This document shows, piece after piece, positions 32,163 through 42,326 of a DNA stretch of 64,000 nucleotides. Origin of the DNA: Escherichia coli (GTDB lineage Bacteria > Pseudomonadota > Gammaproteobacteria > Enterobacterales > Enterobacteriaceae); assembly GCF_036507355.1 (NCBI RefSeq), contig NZ_AP027877.1. One strand, given 5' to 3'. How positions within the stretch are numbered: position 1 is the stretch's first letter; the number at the start of each line of letters is the position of its first letter. A program made the position numbers and the translations under genes. The notes under the pieces are model-generated. The model saw nothing but the letters and a program-made list of their open reading frames with translations, was not told the origin of the DNA and ran no database searches.

Positions 32163-35121
32163 CCTTAATCGCGTCATCGGATGGTCTGGTTTACTGCTGA
32201 CGTCTTTATTGAGTACCAGCGCACTCGCAGACAATATCGGCACCAGCGCAGAAGAGCTGGGGCTGAGCGATTATCGCCATTTTGTTATTTATCCCCGTCT
32301 CGATAAGGCGCTGAAGGCACAGAAAAATAACGACGAAGCAACCGCCATCCGCGAATTTGAATATATACACCAGCAGGTGCCGGATAATATTCCGCTGACT
32401 TTATACCTTGCGGAAGCCTATCGCCATTTTGGTCATGATGACCGGGCGCGGCTGTTGCTTGAGGATCAACTGAAACGTCACCCAGGAGATGCCCGACTTG
32501 AGCGCAGTCTGGCGGCTATTCCGGTTGAAGTGAAAAGCATTACAACTGTTGAAGAACTGCTTGCCCAGCAAAAAGCGTGCGATGCTGCGCCGACCCTGCG
32601 TTGTCGCAGTGAAGTCGGGCAGAATGCCCTGCGGCTGGCACAGTTACCTGTCGCCAGAGCGCAACTGAACGATGCGACGTTTGCTGCATCGCCGGAAGGA
32701 AAAACGCTGCGAACCGATCTGCTGCAACGGGCAATCTACCTGAAACAATGGTCCCAGGCAGATACGCTATACAATGAAGCACGCCAGCAGAACACATTAA
32801 GCGCGGCAGAACGCCGCCAGTGGTTTGATGTGCTTCTTGCCGGGCAGCTGGACGATCGGATCCTGGCACTGCAATCACAGGGGATCTTCACCGATCCTCA
32901 GTCATATATTACTTACGCGACCGCGCTGGCTTATCGTGGCGAAAAAGCACGCCTCCAGCATTATCTCATTGAAAATAAGCCGCTGTTTACCACGGACGCA
33001 CAAGAGAAAAGTTGGCTCTATCTGTTATCTAAATACAGCGCCAACCCCGTTCAGGCATTGGCGAATTATACGGTGCAGTTTGCCGATAACCGCCAGTATG
33101 TTGTTGGCGCGACGCTACCGGTGCTGTTAAAAGAAGGTCAGTACGACGCAGCGCAAAAACTGCTCGCCACCCTCCCCGCCAATGAAATGCTTGAGGAGCG
33201 TTATGCTGTCAGCGTGGCGACCCGTAACAAGGCTGAAGCTCTGCGTCTGGCACGCTTGCTGTATCAGCAAGAACCGGCAAATCTTACCCGCCTGGATCAA
33301 CTAACCTGGCAACTGATGCAGAACGAGCAGTCACGGGAAGCTGCCGATTTATTGCTGCAACGCTATCCTTTCCAGGGCGATGCGCGTATCAGCCAGACTT
33401 TAATGGCGCGACTGGCGTCTCTGCTGGAAAGTCATCCTTACCTGGCAACGCCGGCGAAGGTGGCGATTTTATCGAAACCCTTACCGCTGGCGGAGCAACG
33501 TCAGTGGCAAAGTCAGTTGCCGGGTATTGCAGATAATTGCCCGGCAATAGTTCGCTTGCTGGGCGATATGTCGCCTTCCTACGATGCTGCCGCCTGGAAC
33601 CGTCTGGCAAAGTGTTATCGGGACACGCTACCCGGTGTGGCGTTGTATGCATGGCTTCAGGCCGAACAACGACAACCGAGCGCCTGGCAACATCGTGCGG
33701 TAGCCTATCAGGCGTATCAGGTTGAGGACTACGCCACCGCACTGGCGGCCTGGCAGAAAATCAGTCTTCACGACATGAGCAATGAGGATCTGCTTGCTGC
33801 TGCCAATACCGCCCAGGCGGCAGGAAATGGTGCGGCTCGCGATCGCTGGCTACAACAGGCAGAACAACGTGGACTGGGAAGCAATGCCCTCTACTGGTGG
33901 CTGCATGCACAACGTTACATTCCTGGTCAGCCGGAACTCGCACTGAACGATCTCACGCGCTCAATCAATATTGCGCCTTCTGCCAACGCTTACGTTGCGC
34001 GGGCGACAATTTATCGCCAACGTCATAATGTCCCGGCCGCGGTGAGTGATTTGCGCGCCGCGCTGGAACTGGAACCGAATAATAGCAACATCCAGGCAGC
34101 GCTTGGTTACGCCTTGTGGGATAGCGGTGATATCGCACAGTCGCGGGAAATGCTCGAACAGGCGCATAAAGGGCTTCCGGACGATCCGGCACTGATCCGA
34201 CAACTGGCCTACGTGAACCAGCGTCTGGATGACATGCCTGCGACGCAGCACTACGCCCGGCTGGTGATTGATGACATTGATAATCAGGCGCTGATAACCC
34301 CATTGACGCCAGAACAAAATCAACAACGCTTCAATTTCCGCCGTTTGCATGAGGAGGTCGGTCGCCGCTGGACGTTCAGTTTCGATTCTTCTATCGGCTT
34401 GCGTTCCGGCGCAATGAGTACCGCTAACAATAATGTCGGCGGCGCAGCGCCAGGGAAAAGCTATCGTAGCTACGGGCAACTGGAAGCCGAGTACCGCATC
34501 GGACGCAATATGCTGCTGGAAGGCGACCTGCTCTCAGTTTATAGCCGCGTCTTTGCCGATACCGGAGAAAACGGGGTGATGATGCCGGTGAAAAATCCGA
34601 TGTCCGGCACCGGTCTGCGCTGGAAGCCGCTGCGCGATCAGATCTTTTTCCTCGCCGTCGAACAGCAGTTGCCGCTGAACGGGCAAAATGGCGCATCCGA
34701 TACCATGCTGCGCGCCAGCGCCTCATTCTTTAATGGCGGCAAATACAGCGACGAATGGCACCCGAACGATTCAGGCTGGTTTGCCCAAAACCTGTACCTC
34801 GATGCGGCGCAATATATCCGCCAGGATATTCAGGCGTGGACGGCAGATTATCGCGTCAGCTGGCATCAGAAGGTAGCTAACGGACAGACTATTGAGCCTT
34901 ACGCTCACGTTCAGGACAACGGCTATCGTGATAAAGGCACTCAGGGCGCGCAGCTTGGCGGTGTCGGGGTCCGCTGGAATATCTGGACCGGCGAGACGCA
35001 CTACGACGCCTGGCCGCACAAAGTCAGTCTCGGCGTCGAGTATCAACATACCTTTAAGGCGATTAATCAACGTAACGGAGAGCGCAACAACGCGTTTCTC
35101 ACCATTGGAGTGCACTGGTAA
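32149..35121 (+). CDS. nfrA: NfrA: outer membrane TPR/beta-barrel protein (phage N4 adsorption protein A)
   Basis: 990 aa from the ATG at 32149 (MKENNLNRVIGWSGLLLTSLLSTSALA signal peptide), overlapping the nfrB 3' end by 14 nt; C-terminal ...TIGVHW. Confidence 0.93.
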   Translation: MKENNLNRVIGWSGLLLTSLLSTSALADNIGTSAEELGLSDYRHFVIYPRLDKALKAQKNNDEATAIREFEYIHQQVPDNIPLTLYLAEAYRHFGHDDRARLLLEDQLKRHPGDARLERSLAAIPVEVKSITTVEELLAQQKACDAAPTLRCRSEVGQNALRLAQLPVARAQLNDATFAASPEGKTLRTDLLQRAIYLKQWSQADTLYNEARQQNTLSAAERRQWFDVLLAGQLDDRILALQSQGIFTDPQSYITYATALAYRGEKARLQHYLIENKPLFTTDAQEKSWLYLLSKYSANPVQALANYTVQFADNRQYVVGATLPVLLKEGQYDAAQKLLATLPANEMLEERYAVSVATRNKAEALRLARLLYQQEPANLTRLDQLTWQLMQNEQSREAADLLLQRYPFQGDARISQTLMARLASLLESHPYLATPAKVAILSKPLPLAEQRQWQSQLPGIADNCPAIVRLLGDMSPSYDAAAWNRLAKCYRDTLPGVALYAWLQAEQRQPSAWQHRAVAYQAYQVEDYATALAAWQKISLHDMSNEDLLAAANTAQAAGNGAARDRWLQQAEQRGLGSNALYWWLHAQRYIPGQPELALNDLTRSINIAPSANAYVARATIYRQRHNVPAAVSDLRAALELEPNNSNIQAALGYALWDSGDIAQSREMLEQAHKGLPDDPALIRQLAYVNQRLDDMPATQHYARLVIDDIDNQALITPLTPEQNQQRFNFRRLHEEVGRRWTFSFDSSIGLRSGAMSTANNNVGGAAPGKSYRSYGQLEAEYRIGRNMLLEGDLLSVYSRVFADTGENGVMMPVKNPMSGTGLRWKPLRDQIFFLAVEQQLPLNGQNGASDTMLRASASFFNGGKYSDEWHPNDSGWFAQNLYLDAAQYIRQDIQAWTADYRVSWHQKVANGQTIEPYAHVQDNGYRDKGTQGAQLGGVGVRWNIWTGETHYDAWPHKVSLGVEYQHTFKAINQRNGERNNAFLTIGVHW

Positions 35122-36012
35122 ATGCGTAAGTTCATTTTCGTATTGCTGACACTGCTTTTGGTCAGCCCTTTTTCCTTTGCGATGAAAGGTATTATCTGGC
35201 AACCACAAAACCGTGATAGTCAGGTTACCGATACCCAGTGGCAGGGGCTGATGAGTCAGTTACGTTTGCAAGGCTTCGATACCCTGGTTTTGCAATGGAC
35301 CCGTTACGGCGATGCATTTACCCAGCCAGAACAGCGCACGTTATTGTTTAAGCGGGCCGCAGCTGCGCAACAGGCTGGCCTGAAGCTGATTGTCGGGCTG
35401 AACGCCGATCCGGAATTTTTTATGCACCAGAAACAGTCGTCCGCAGCGCTGGAAAGCTATCTTAATCGCCTGCTGGCTGCCGATCTCCAGCAAGCCAGAT
35501 TATGGAGCGCCGCGCCTGGCGTAACGCCGGATGGCTGGTACATCAGCGCGGAAATTGACGACCTGAACTGGCGCAGCGAAGCCGCCCGTCAGCCTTTGCT
35601 AACATGGTTAAACAACGCGCAGCGGCTGATTAGCGATGTTTCAGCAAAACCGGTTTATATCAGTAGTTTTTTCGCCGGAAACATGTCGCCAGATGGCTAT
35701 CGCCAACTGCTGGAACACGTTAAAGCAACCGGCGTTAATGTCTGGGTACAGGATGGCAGCGGCGTGGATAAACTTACCGCTGAACAGCGTGAACGTTATC
35801 TACAGGCCAGCGCCGATTGCCAGAGTTCCGCCCCAGCAAGCGGCATTGTTTATGAACTGTTTGTCGCCGGCAAAGGCAAAACCTTTACAGCGAAACCGAA
35901 ACCGGACGCAGAAATTGCCTCGCTGTTAGCGAAACGTTCCTCTTGCGGTAAAGACACTCTCTATTTCTCTCTGCGCTATTTGCCCGTCGCGCACGGCATT
36001 CTCGAGTATTAA
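35122..36012 (+). CDS. ybcH: YbcH, secreted protein co-encoded with NfrA/NfrB
   Basis: 296-aa ORF starting immediately after the nfrA stop; signal peptide MRKFIFVLLTLLLVSPFSFA. Confidence 0.9.
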   Translation: MRKFIFVLLTLLLVSPFSFAMKGIIWQPQNRDSQVTDTQWQGLMSQLRLQGFDTLVLQWTRYGDAFTQPEQRTLLFKRAAAAQQAGLKLIVGLNADPEFFMHQKQSSAALESYLNRLLAADLQQARLWSAAPGVTPDGWYISAEIDDLNWRSEAARQPLLTWLNNAQRLISDVSAKPVYISSFFAGNMSPDGYRQLLEHVKATGVNVWVQDGSGVDKLTAEQRERYLQASADCQSSAPASGIVYELFVAGKGKTFTAKPKPDAEIASLLAKRSSCGKDTLYFSLRYLPVAHGILEY

Positions 36013-36194
36013 ATCTCCTCCAGGTAAGTCGGGTACGACCTGGCTTACCTCTTTCGCTCTCGTCAGAATTCCATCAAGATTAATTGCTAAAAAGCGTGCT
36101 AAAGAAAGAAGATCGTTATCGGCGAACGGGCCGATCACTCATGCAGGAAGCATAGATCCTTTGAGCGGAGTTTCTGATATCTGAGGAGTGCGAA

Positions 36195-36956
36195 ATGCAA
36201 TTGAGCAGCAGTGAACCTTGCGTGGTGATCCTGACCGAAAAAGAGGTAGAGGTAAGCGTCAATAACCATGCTACGTTTACCCTTCCGAAAAACTACCTGG
36301 CCGCCTTCGCGTGCAACAATAACGTCATTGAACTCTCAACGTTAAATCACGTATTAATCACCCACATCAACCGTAACATCATCAACGATTATCTGTTGTT
36401 TTTAAATAAGAACTTAACCTGTGTAAAGCCCTGGTCGCGGCTGGCTACCCCGGTTATCGCTTGTCATAGCCGTACACCGGAAGTGTTCCGGCTAGCCGCC
36501 AACCACAGCAAGCAGCAACCTAGCAAACCCTGCGAAGCGGAGTTGACGCGCGCATTGCTTTTTACCGTATTGTCTAACTTTCTTGAGCAATCGCGGTTTA
36601 TTGCCCTACTGATGTATATCTTACGCAGCAGCGTCCGCGACAGCGTCTGCCGCATTATTCAAAGCGATATTCAGCATTACTGGAATCTGCGAATTGTCGC
36701 CAGTTCGCTATGTTTAAGCCCCAGCCTGCTCAAAAAGAAATTAAAAAACGAAAATACCAGCTATAGCCAGATTGTCACAGAGTGTCGTATGCGTTACGCC
36801 GTACAGATGTTATTGATGGATAACAAAAATATCACTCAGGTGGCGCAATTATGTGGCTATAGCAGCACGTCGTACTTTATCTCTGTTTTTAAGGCGTTTT
36901 ACGGCCTGACACCGTTGAATTATCTCGCCAAACAGCGACAAAAAGTGATGTGGTGA
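36195..36956 (+). CDS. envY: AraC-family transcriptional regulator EnvY
   Basis: 253-aa ORF with a C-terminal AraC-type HTH (…ITQVAQLCGYSSTSYFISVFKAFYGLTP…). Confidence 0.9.
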   Translation: MQLSSSEPCVVILTEKEVEVSVNNHATFTLPKNYLAAFACNNNVIELSTLNHVLITHINRNIINDYLLFLNKNLTCVKPWSRLATPVIACHSRTPEVFRLAANHSKQQPSKPCEAELTRALLFTVLSNFLEQSRFIALLMYILRSSVRDSVCRIIQSDIQHYWNLRIVASSLCLSPSLLKKKLKNENTSYSQIVTECRMRYAVQMLLMDNKNITQVAQLCGYSSTSYFISVFKAFYGLTPLNYLAKQRQKVMW

Positions 36957-37001
36957 AGGGCAAAGCGGAAACGGATAAGACGGGCATAAATGAAGAAGAA
37001 A

Positions 37002-37078
37002 TGGCGCGCCCTGCAGGATTCGAACCTGCGGCCCACGACTTAGAAGGTCGTTGCTCTATCCAACTGAGCTAAGGGCGC
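37002..37078 (-). tRNA. argU: tRNA-Arg (anticodon UCU), argU
   Basis: Reverse complement reads GCGCCCTTAGCTCAGTTGGATAGAGCAACGACCTTCTAAGTCGTGGGCCGCAGGTTCGAATCCTGCAGGGCGCGCCA: cloverleaf with TTCGAATCC T-arm, UCU anticodon and CCA end. Confidence 0.93.
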
Positions 37079-37320
37079 GTTGATACCGCAATGCGGTGTA
37101 ATCGCGTGAATTATACGGTCAACCCTTGCTGAGTCAATGGCTTTTGATCTGGTTGCTGAACAAGTGAACGACCGCGTCTGATTTTCTGATTTATTTCGCT
37201 ATAGCGGCAAACAAATGCACACCGCTGCGCATCTGAATCAAGAAAACCCGTATTTTCATGTATCAAAGTACAATTTACCGCCCTAACGGAAAATTGTCCG
37301 CTCCTATGAGACTGGTAACT

Positions 37321-37529
37321 ATGAAACCAACGTCGGTGATCATTATGGATACTCATCCTATCATCAGAATGTCTATTGAAGTTCTGTTGCAAAAAAACAG
37401 TGAATTGCAGATTGTCCTGAAAACGGATGATTACCGCATAACCATCGATTATCTCCGAACCCGTCCTGTTGATTTAATCATTATGGATATAGACTTGCCC
37501 GGAACAGACGGTTTTACCTTCCTGAAAAG
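37321..37529 (+). pseudogene. fimZ: 5' fragment of response-regulator gene fimZ (receiver domain only), truncated by IS1
   Basis: Encodes MKPTSVIIMDTHPIIRMSIEVLLQKNSELQIVLKTDDYRITIDYLRTRPVDLIIMDIDLPGTDGFTFLKR, then runs into the IS1 terminal repeat (…VMTPTY*). Confidence 0.85.
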
Positions 37530-37544
37530 GGTAATGACTCCAAC

Positions 37545-38048
37545 TTATTGATAGTGTTTTATGTTCAGATAATGCCCGATGACTTTGTCATGCAGCTCCA
37601 CCGATTTTGAGAACGACAGCGACTTCCGTCCCAGCCGTGCCAGGTGCTGCCTCAGATTCAGGTTATGCCGCTCAATTCGCTGCGTATATCGCTTGCTGAT
37701 TACGTGCAGCTTTCCCTTCAGGCGGGATTCATACAGCGGCCAGCCATCCGTCATCCATATCACCACGTCAAAGGGTGACAGCAGGCTCATAAGACGCCCC
37801 AGCGTCGCCATCGTGCGTTCACCGAATACGTGCGCAACAACCGTCTTCCGGAGCCTGTCATACGCGTAAAACAGCCAGCGCTGGCGCGATTTAGCCCCGA
37901 CATAGCCCCACTGTTCGTCCATTTCCGCGCAGACGATGACGTCACTGCCCGGCTGTATGCGCGAGGTTACCGACTGCGGCCTGAGTTTTTTAAGTGACGT
38001 AAAATCGTGTTGAGGCCAACGCCCATAATGCGGGCTGTTGCCCGGCAT
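37545..38048 (-). CDS. insB: IS1 InsB (transposase frame; InsAB' is made by -1 frameshift)
   Basis: 167-aa [28 protein letters not shown]… overlapping the insA 3' end in the -1 frame. Confidence 0.95.
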
Positions 38049-38242
38049 CCAACGCCATTCATGGCCATATCAATGATTTTCTGGTGCGTACCGGGTTGAG
38101 AAGCGGTGTAAGTGAACTGCAGTTGCCATGTTTTACGGCAGTGAGAGCAGAGATAGCGCTGATGTCCGGCGGTGCTTTTGCCGTTACGCACCACCCCGTC
38201 AGTAGCTGAACAGGAGGGACAGCTGATAGAAACAGAAGCCAC
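37967..38242 (-). CDS. insA: IS1 InsA
   Basis: 91-aa protein [42 protein letters not shown]…. Confidence 0.95.
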
Positions 38243-38525
38243 TGGAGCACCTCAAAAACACCATCATACACTAAATCAGTAAGTTGGCAGCATCACCAAT
38301 TATCTTAATCCTTTGACAAGGAAATAAGTCAGTTCCAGATTTACAACGCCATCATGGACGAAAAATGAAGCTTTCAATCTCAGCGACCTCAGCGACGGTG
38401 CGCCTAACCTTCGCAAGAGGTCGCTTCACGCGATAAATCTGAAACGAAACCTGACAGCGCGCCCCGCTTCTGACAAAATAGGCGCATCCCCTTCGACCTA
38501 CGTAACAGATGGAATCCTCTCTCTG

Positions 38526-39392
38526 ATGGCAGCAAAGATTATTGACGGTAAAACGATTGCGCAGCAGGTGCGCTCTGAAGTTGCTCAAAAAGTTCAGGCG
38601 CGTATTGCAGCCGGACTGCGGGCACCAGGACTGGCCGTTGTGCTGGTGGGTAGTAACCCTGCATCGCAAATTTATGTCGCAAGCAAACGCAAGGCTTGTG
38701 AAGAAGTCGGGTTCGTCTCCCGCTCTTACGACCTCCCGGAAACCACCAGCGAAGCGGAGCTGCTGGAGCTTATCGATACGCTGAATGCCGATAACACCAT
38801 CGATGGCATTCTGGTTCAACTGCCGTTACCGGCGGGTATTGATAACGTCAAAGTGCTGGAACGTATACACCCGGACAAAGACGTAGACGGTTTCCATCCT
38901 TATAATGTCGGTCGTCTGTGCCAGCGCGCGCCGCGTCTGCGTCCCTGCACCCCGCGCGGTATTGTCACGCTGCTTGAGCGTTACAACATTGATACCTTCG
39001 GCCTCAACGCCGTGGTGATTGGCGCATCGAATATCGTTGGCCGCCCGATGAGCATGGAACTGTTGCTCGCAGGTTGCACCACCACCGTGACTCACCGTTT
39101 CACTAAAAATCTGCGTCACCACGTAGAAAATGCCGATCTGTTGATCGTTGCCGTCGGCAAGCCAGGCTTTATTCCCGGTGACTGGATCAAAGAAGGCGCA
39201 ATTGTGATTGATGTCGGCATCAACCGCCTGGAAAATGGCAAGGTTGTGGGCGACGTCGTGTTTGAAGACGCGGCTAAACGCGCCTCATACATTACGCCTG
39301 TTCCGGGCGGCGTTGGCCCGATGACGGTTGCCACGCTGATTGAAAACACGCTACAGGCGTGCGTTGAATATCATGATCCACAGGGTGAGTAA
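38526..39392 (+). CDS. folD: Bifunctional methylenetetrahydrofolate dehydrogenase/cyclohydrolase FolD
   Basis: 288-aa [26 protein letters not shown]…. Confidence 0.97.
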   Translation: MAAKIIDGKTIAQQVRSEVAQKVQARIAAGLRAPGLAVVLVGSNPASQIYVASKRKACEEVGFVSRSYDLPETTSEAELLELIDTLNADNTIDGILVQLPLPAGIDNVKVLERIHPDKDVDGFHPYNVGRLCQRAPRLRPCTPRGIVTLLERYNIDTFGLNAVVIGASNIVGRPMSMELLLAGCTTTVTHRFTKNLRHHVENADLLIVAVGKPGFIPGDWIKEGAIVIDVGINRLENGKVVGDVVFEDAAKRASYITPVPGGVGPMTVATLIENTLQACVEYHDPQGE

Positions 39393-39393
39393 C

Positions 39394-39606
39394 ATGGCGA
39401 CATTTTCTTTAGGTAAACATCCGCACGTTGAGCTGTGCGACTTGCTGAAACTGGAAGGCTGGAGCGAAAGCGGCGCGCAGGCGAAAATCGCGATTGCCGA
39501 AGGCCAGGTGAAAGTCGACGGTGCGGTTGAAACGCGCAAACGCTGCAAAATCGTCGCCGGTCAGACAGTGAGTTTTGCAGGTCACAACGTACAGGTTGTT
39601 GCCTGA
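39394..39606 (+). CDS. ybcJ: S4-like RNA-binding protein YbcJ
   Basis: 70 aa from the ATG at 39394 (MATFSLGKHPHVELCDLLK…), 1 nt after the folD stop. Confidence 0.9.
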   Translation: MATFSLGKHPHVELCDLLKLEGWSESGAQAKIAIAEGQVKVDGAVETRKRCKIVAGQTVSFAGHNVQVVA

Positions 39607-39713
39607 TCCCTTTCCCGGCCTGTATCAACAGGCCAGTTCTCTTTTCAGACTTTTGCCCTCTACGCCCCGTTCATCCATGCTGATAGCATCGACATTTTGC
39701 CGAAGCGACCATC

Positions 39714-40235
39714 ATGCCAACCGTTATTACGCACGCCGCCGTTCCCCTTTGCATTGGTTTAGGGTTGGGTTCGAAAGTCATCCCTCCGCGTCTTTTATTT
39801 GCCGGAATCATCCTGGCGATGCTGCCCGACGCCGACGTATTGTCGTTTAAATTTGGCGTTGCTTACGGCAATGTTTTTGGTCATCGCGGGTTTACCCATT
39901 CGCTGGTGTTTGCGTTTGTTGTCCCGCTGTTATGTGTGCTGATTAGACGCCGATGGTTCAGGGCTGGGCTGATTCGCTGCTGGCTGTTTTTAACCGTCTC
40001 GTTGCTATCGCACAGCTTGCTGGATTCGGTAACTACTGGCGGTAAGGGCGTTGGCTGGCTGTGGCCGTGGTCAGATGAACGCTTTTTCGCTCCCTGGCAG
40101 GTGATTAAAGTCGCGCCGTTTGCATTGTCTCGTTACACCACAGCGTACGGGCATCAGGTGATTATTTCTGAATTGATGTGGGTGTGGTTGCCGGGGATGC
40201 TACTGATGGGAATGTTGTGGTGGCGCAGACGATAA
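39714..40235 (+). CDS. ybcI: Inner-membrane metal-dependent hydrolase family protein YbcI (DUF457)
   Basis: 173-aa hydrophobic ORF MPTVITHAAVPLCIGLGLG…. Confidence 0.9.
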   Translation: MPTVITHAAVPLCIGLGLGSKVIPPRLLFAGIILAMLPDADVLSFKFGVAYGNVFGHRGFTHSLVFAFVVPLLCVLIRRRWFRAGLIRCWLFLTVSLLSHSLLDSVTTGGKGVGWLWPWSDERFFAPWQVIKVAPFALSRYTTAYGHQVIISELMWVWLPGMLLMGMLWWRRR

Positions 40236-40259
40236 CCGGATGCGAAAACTCGCATCCGG
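40236..40259. terminator. Bidirectional terminator hairpin between convergent ybcI and cysS
   Basis: 10-bp stem ccggatgcga / tcgcatccgg with a 4-nt loop immediately after the ybcI stop and 11 nt after the cysS stop. Confidence 0.5.
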
Positions 40260-40270
40260 CAATAGCGCAA

Positions 40271-41656
40271 TTACTTACGACGCCAGGTGGTCCCTTGCGG
40301 GCCATCTTCCAGCACGATCCCCATCTCGTTAAGACGGTCACGCGCCGCATCTGCCGCCGCCCAGTCTTTCGCTTTACGGGCATCCAGACGCTGTTGAATT
40401 AACGCTTCAATCTCAGCCACTTCGCTGTCGTCTGCCTGCGCGCCGCTTTGCAGGAACGCTTCCGGTTCTTGCTCCAGCAGGCCCAATACAGCGGAAAGTT
40501 TACGCAGGTGAGATGCCATTGCATTCGCCGCTGCCATATCTTCTGCTTTCAGACGGTTCACTTCACGCGCCATATCAAACAGCACGGAATAGGCTTCCGG
40601 GGTGTTGAAATCGTCGTCCATCGCTTCAATAAAGCGCGCTTCAAACGCTTCGCCACCGGCAGGCGCAACGGTTTTATCTGTGCCGCGCAGCGCAGTGTAG
40701 AGACGCTCCAGCGCCGCACGCGCCTGCTTCAGGTTCTCTTCGCTATAGTTCAGCTGGCTGCGATAGTGGCCCGACATCAGGAAGTAACGCACGGTTTCCG
40801 CGTCGTAGTATTTCAGCACATCACGCACGGTGAAGAAGTTACCCAGCGATTTGGACATCTTCTCGCGGTCAACCATCACCATCCCGGAGTGCATCCAGTA
40901 GTTCACATACTGGCCATCATGCGCACAGGTGGACTGAGCGATTTCGTTCTCGTGGTGCGGGAACATCAGGTCTGAACCGCCGCCGTGGATATCAAAGTGG
41001 TTACCCAGCTGCTTGCAGTTCATTGCCGAACATTCAATGTGCCAGCCAGGACGGCCCGCGCCCCACGGAGACGGCCAGCTCGGTTCGCCCTCTTTCGACA
41101 TCTTCCACAGAACGAAGTCCATCGGGTTGCGTTTGTCATCGACCACGTCAACGCGCGCGCCTGCCTGCAGCTGGTCGAGATCCTGACGCGACAGCACGCC
41201 ATAAGTCGGATCGGTCGGGACGTCGAACATCACGTCGCCGTTGTCCGCCACATAAGCGTGACCTTTGGCGATCAGTTGTTCAGTGAGTTCAATAATTTCT
41301 GCGATATGGTGCGTCGCGCGCGGCTCCATATCCGGGCGCAGAATGTTCAACGCATCAAAATCTTTGTGCATTTCGGCGATCATGCGATCCACCAGCGCCA
41401 CAAAGCTTTCGCCATTTTCATTGGCGCGTTTGATGATTTTGTCGTCGATATCGGTAATGTTGCGCACATACTTCAGCTTATAGCCGAGGAAACGCAGATA
41501 GCGCGCAACCACGTCAAAAGCAACAAAGGTACGCCCGTGACCGATATGACAGAGATCGTAAACGGTGATTCCACACACGTACATGCCGACTTCCCCGGCG
41601 TGAATAGGCTTAAATTCCTCTTTTTGGCGTGTCAGAGTATTGAAGATTTTTAGCAT
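40271..41656 (-). CDS. cysS: Cysteinyl-tRNA synthetase
   Basis: 461-aa ORF with class I HIGH (CHIGHGR) and KMSKS motifs. Confidence 0.97.
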
Positions 41657-41829
41657 CGAAGATTCCGTTTAGACATGTGTGGGTAATTGAGTTGCGTATA
41701 ATACCCATATTTCCCGCGCGAATCAGCATACATTGCGTGATGATCCGATCGTGCGGTTATGCTATAACACCACCCTATATATGACCCGAACTGGGTTGAA
41801 GCACCAATCAAACGGAACAGGATGCAAAA

Positions 41830-42324
41830 ATGGTTACTTTCCACACCAATCACGGCGATATTGTCATCAAAACTTTTGACGATAAAGCACCTGAAACAGT
41901 TAAAAACTTCCTGGACTACTGCCGCGAAGGTTTTTACAACAACACCATTTTCCACCGTGTTATCAACGGCTTTATGATTCAGGGCGGCGGTTTTGAACCG
42001 GGCATGAAACAAAAAGCCACCAAAGAACCGATCAAAAACGAAGCCAACAACGGTCTGAAAAATACCCGTGGTACGCTGGCAATGGCCCGTACTCAGGCTC
42101 CGCACTCTGCAACTGCACAGTTCTTCATCAACGTGGTTGATAACGACTTCCTGAACTTCTCTGGCGAAAGCCTGCAAGGTTGGGGCTACTGCGTGTTTGC
42201 TGAAGTGGTTGAAGGCATGGACGTGGTAGACAAAATCAAAGGTGTTGCAACCGGTCGTAGCGGTATGCACCAGGACGTGCCAAAAGAAGACGTTATCATT
42301 GAAAGCGTGACCGTTAGCGAGTAA
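41830..42324 (+). CDS. ppiB: Peptidyl-prolyl cis-trans isomerase B (cyclophilin)
   Basis: 164-aa [30 protein letters not shown]…. Confidence 0.97.
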   Translation: MVTFHTNHGDIVIKTFDDKAPETVKNFLDYCREGFYNNTIFHRVINGFMIQGGGFEPGMKQKATKEPIKNEANNGLKNTRGTLAMARTQAPHSATAQFFINVVDNDFLNFSGESLQGWGYCVFAEVVEGMDVVDKIKGVATGRSGMHQDVPKEDVIIESVTVSE

Positions 42325-42326
42325 TC

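Larger units (their letters stand above)
37530..38297 (-). mobile_element. Insertion sequence IS1 (768 bp)
   Basis: Terminal inverted repeats ggtaatgactccaacttattgatagtgt… and …ggtgatgctgccaactt; contains insA and insB; no flanking target-site duplication. Confidence 0.95.

Noticed and set aside
33389-35208. Antisense ORFs inside nfrA (for example 33961-34479 minus, 34771-35208 minus)
   Set aside because: Embedded in the nfrA reading frame with no independent support.
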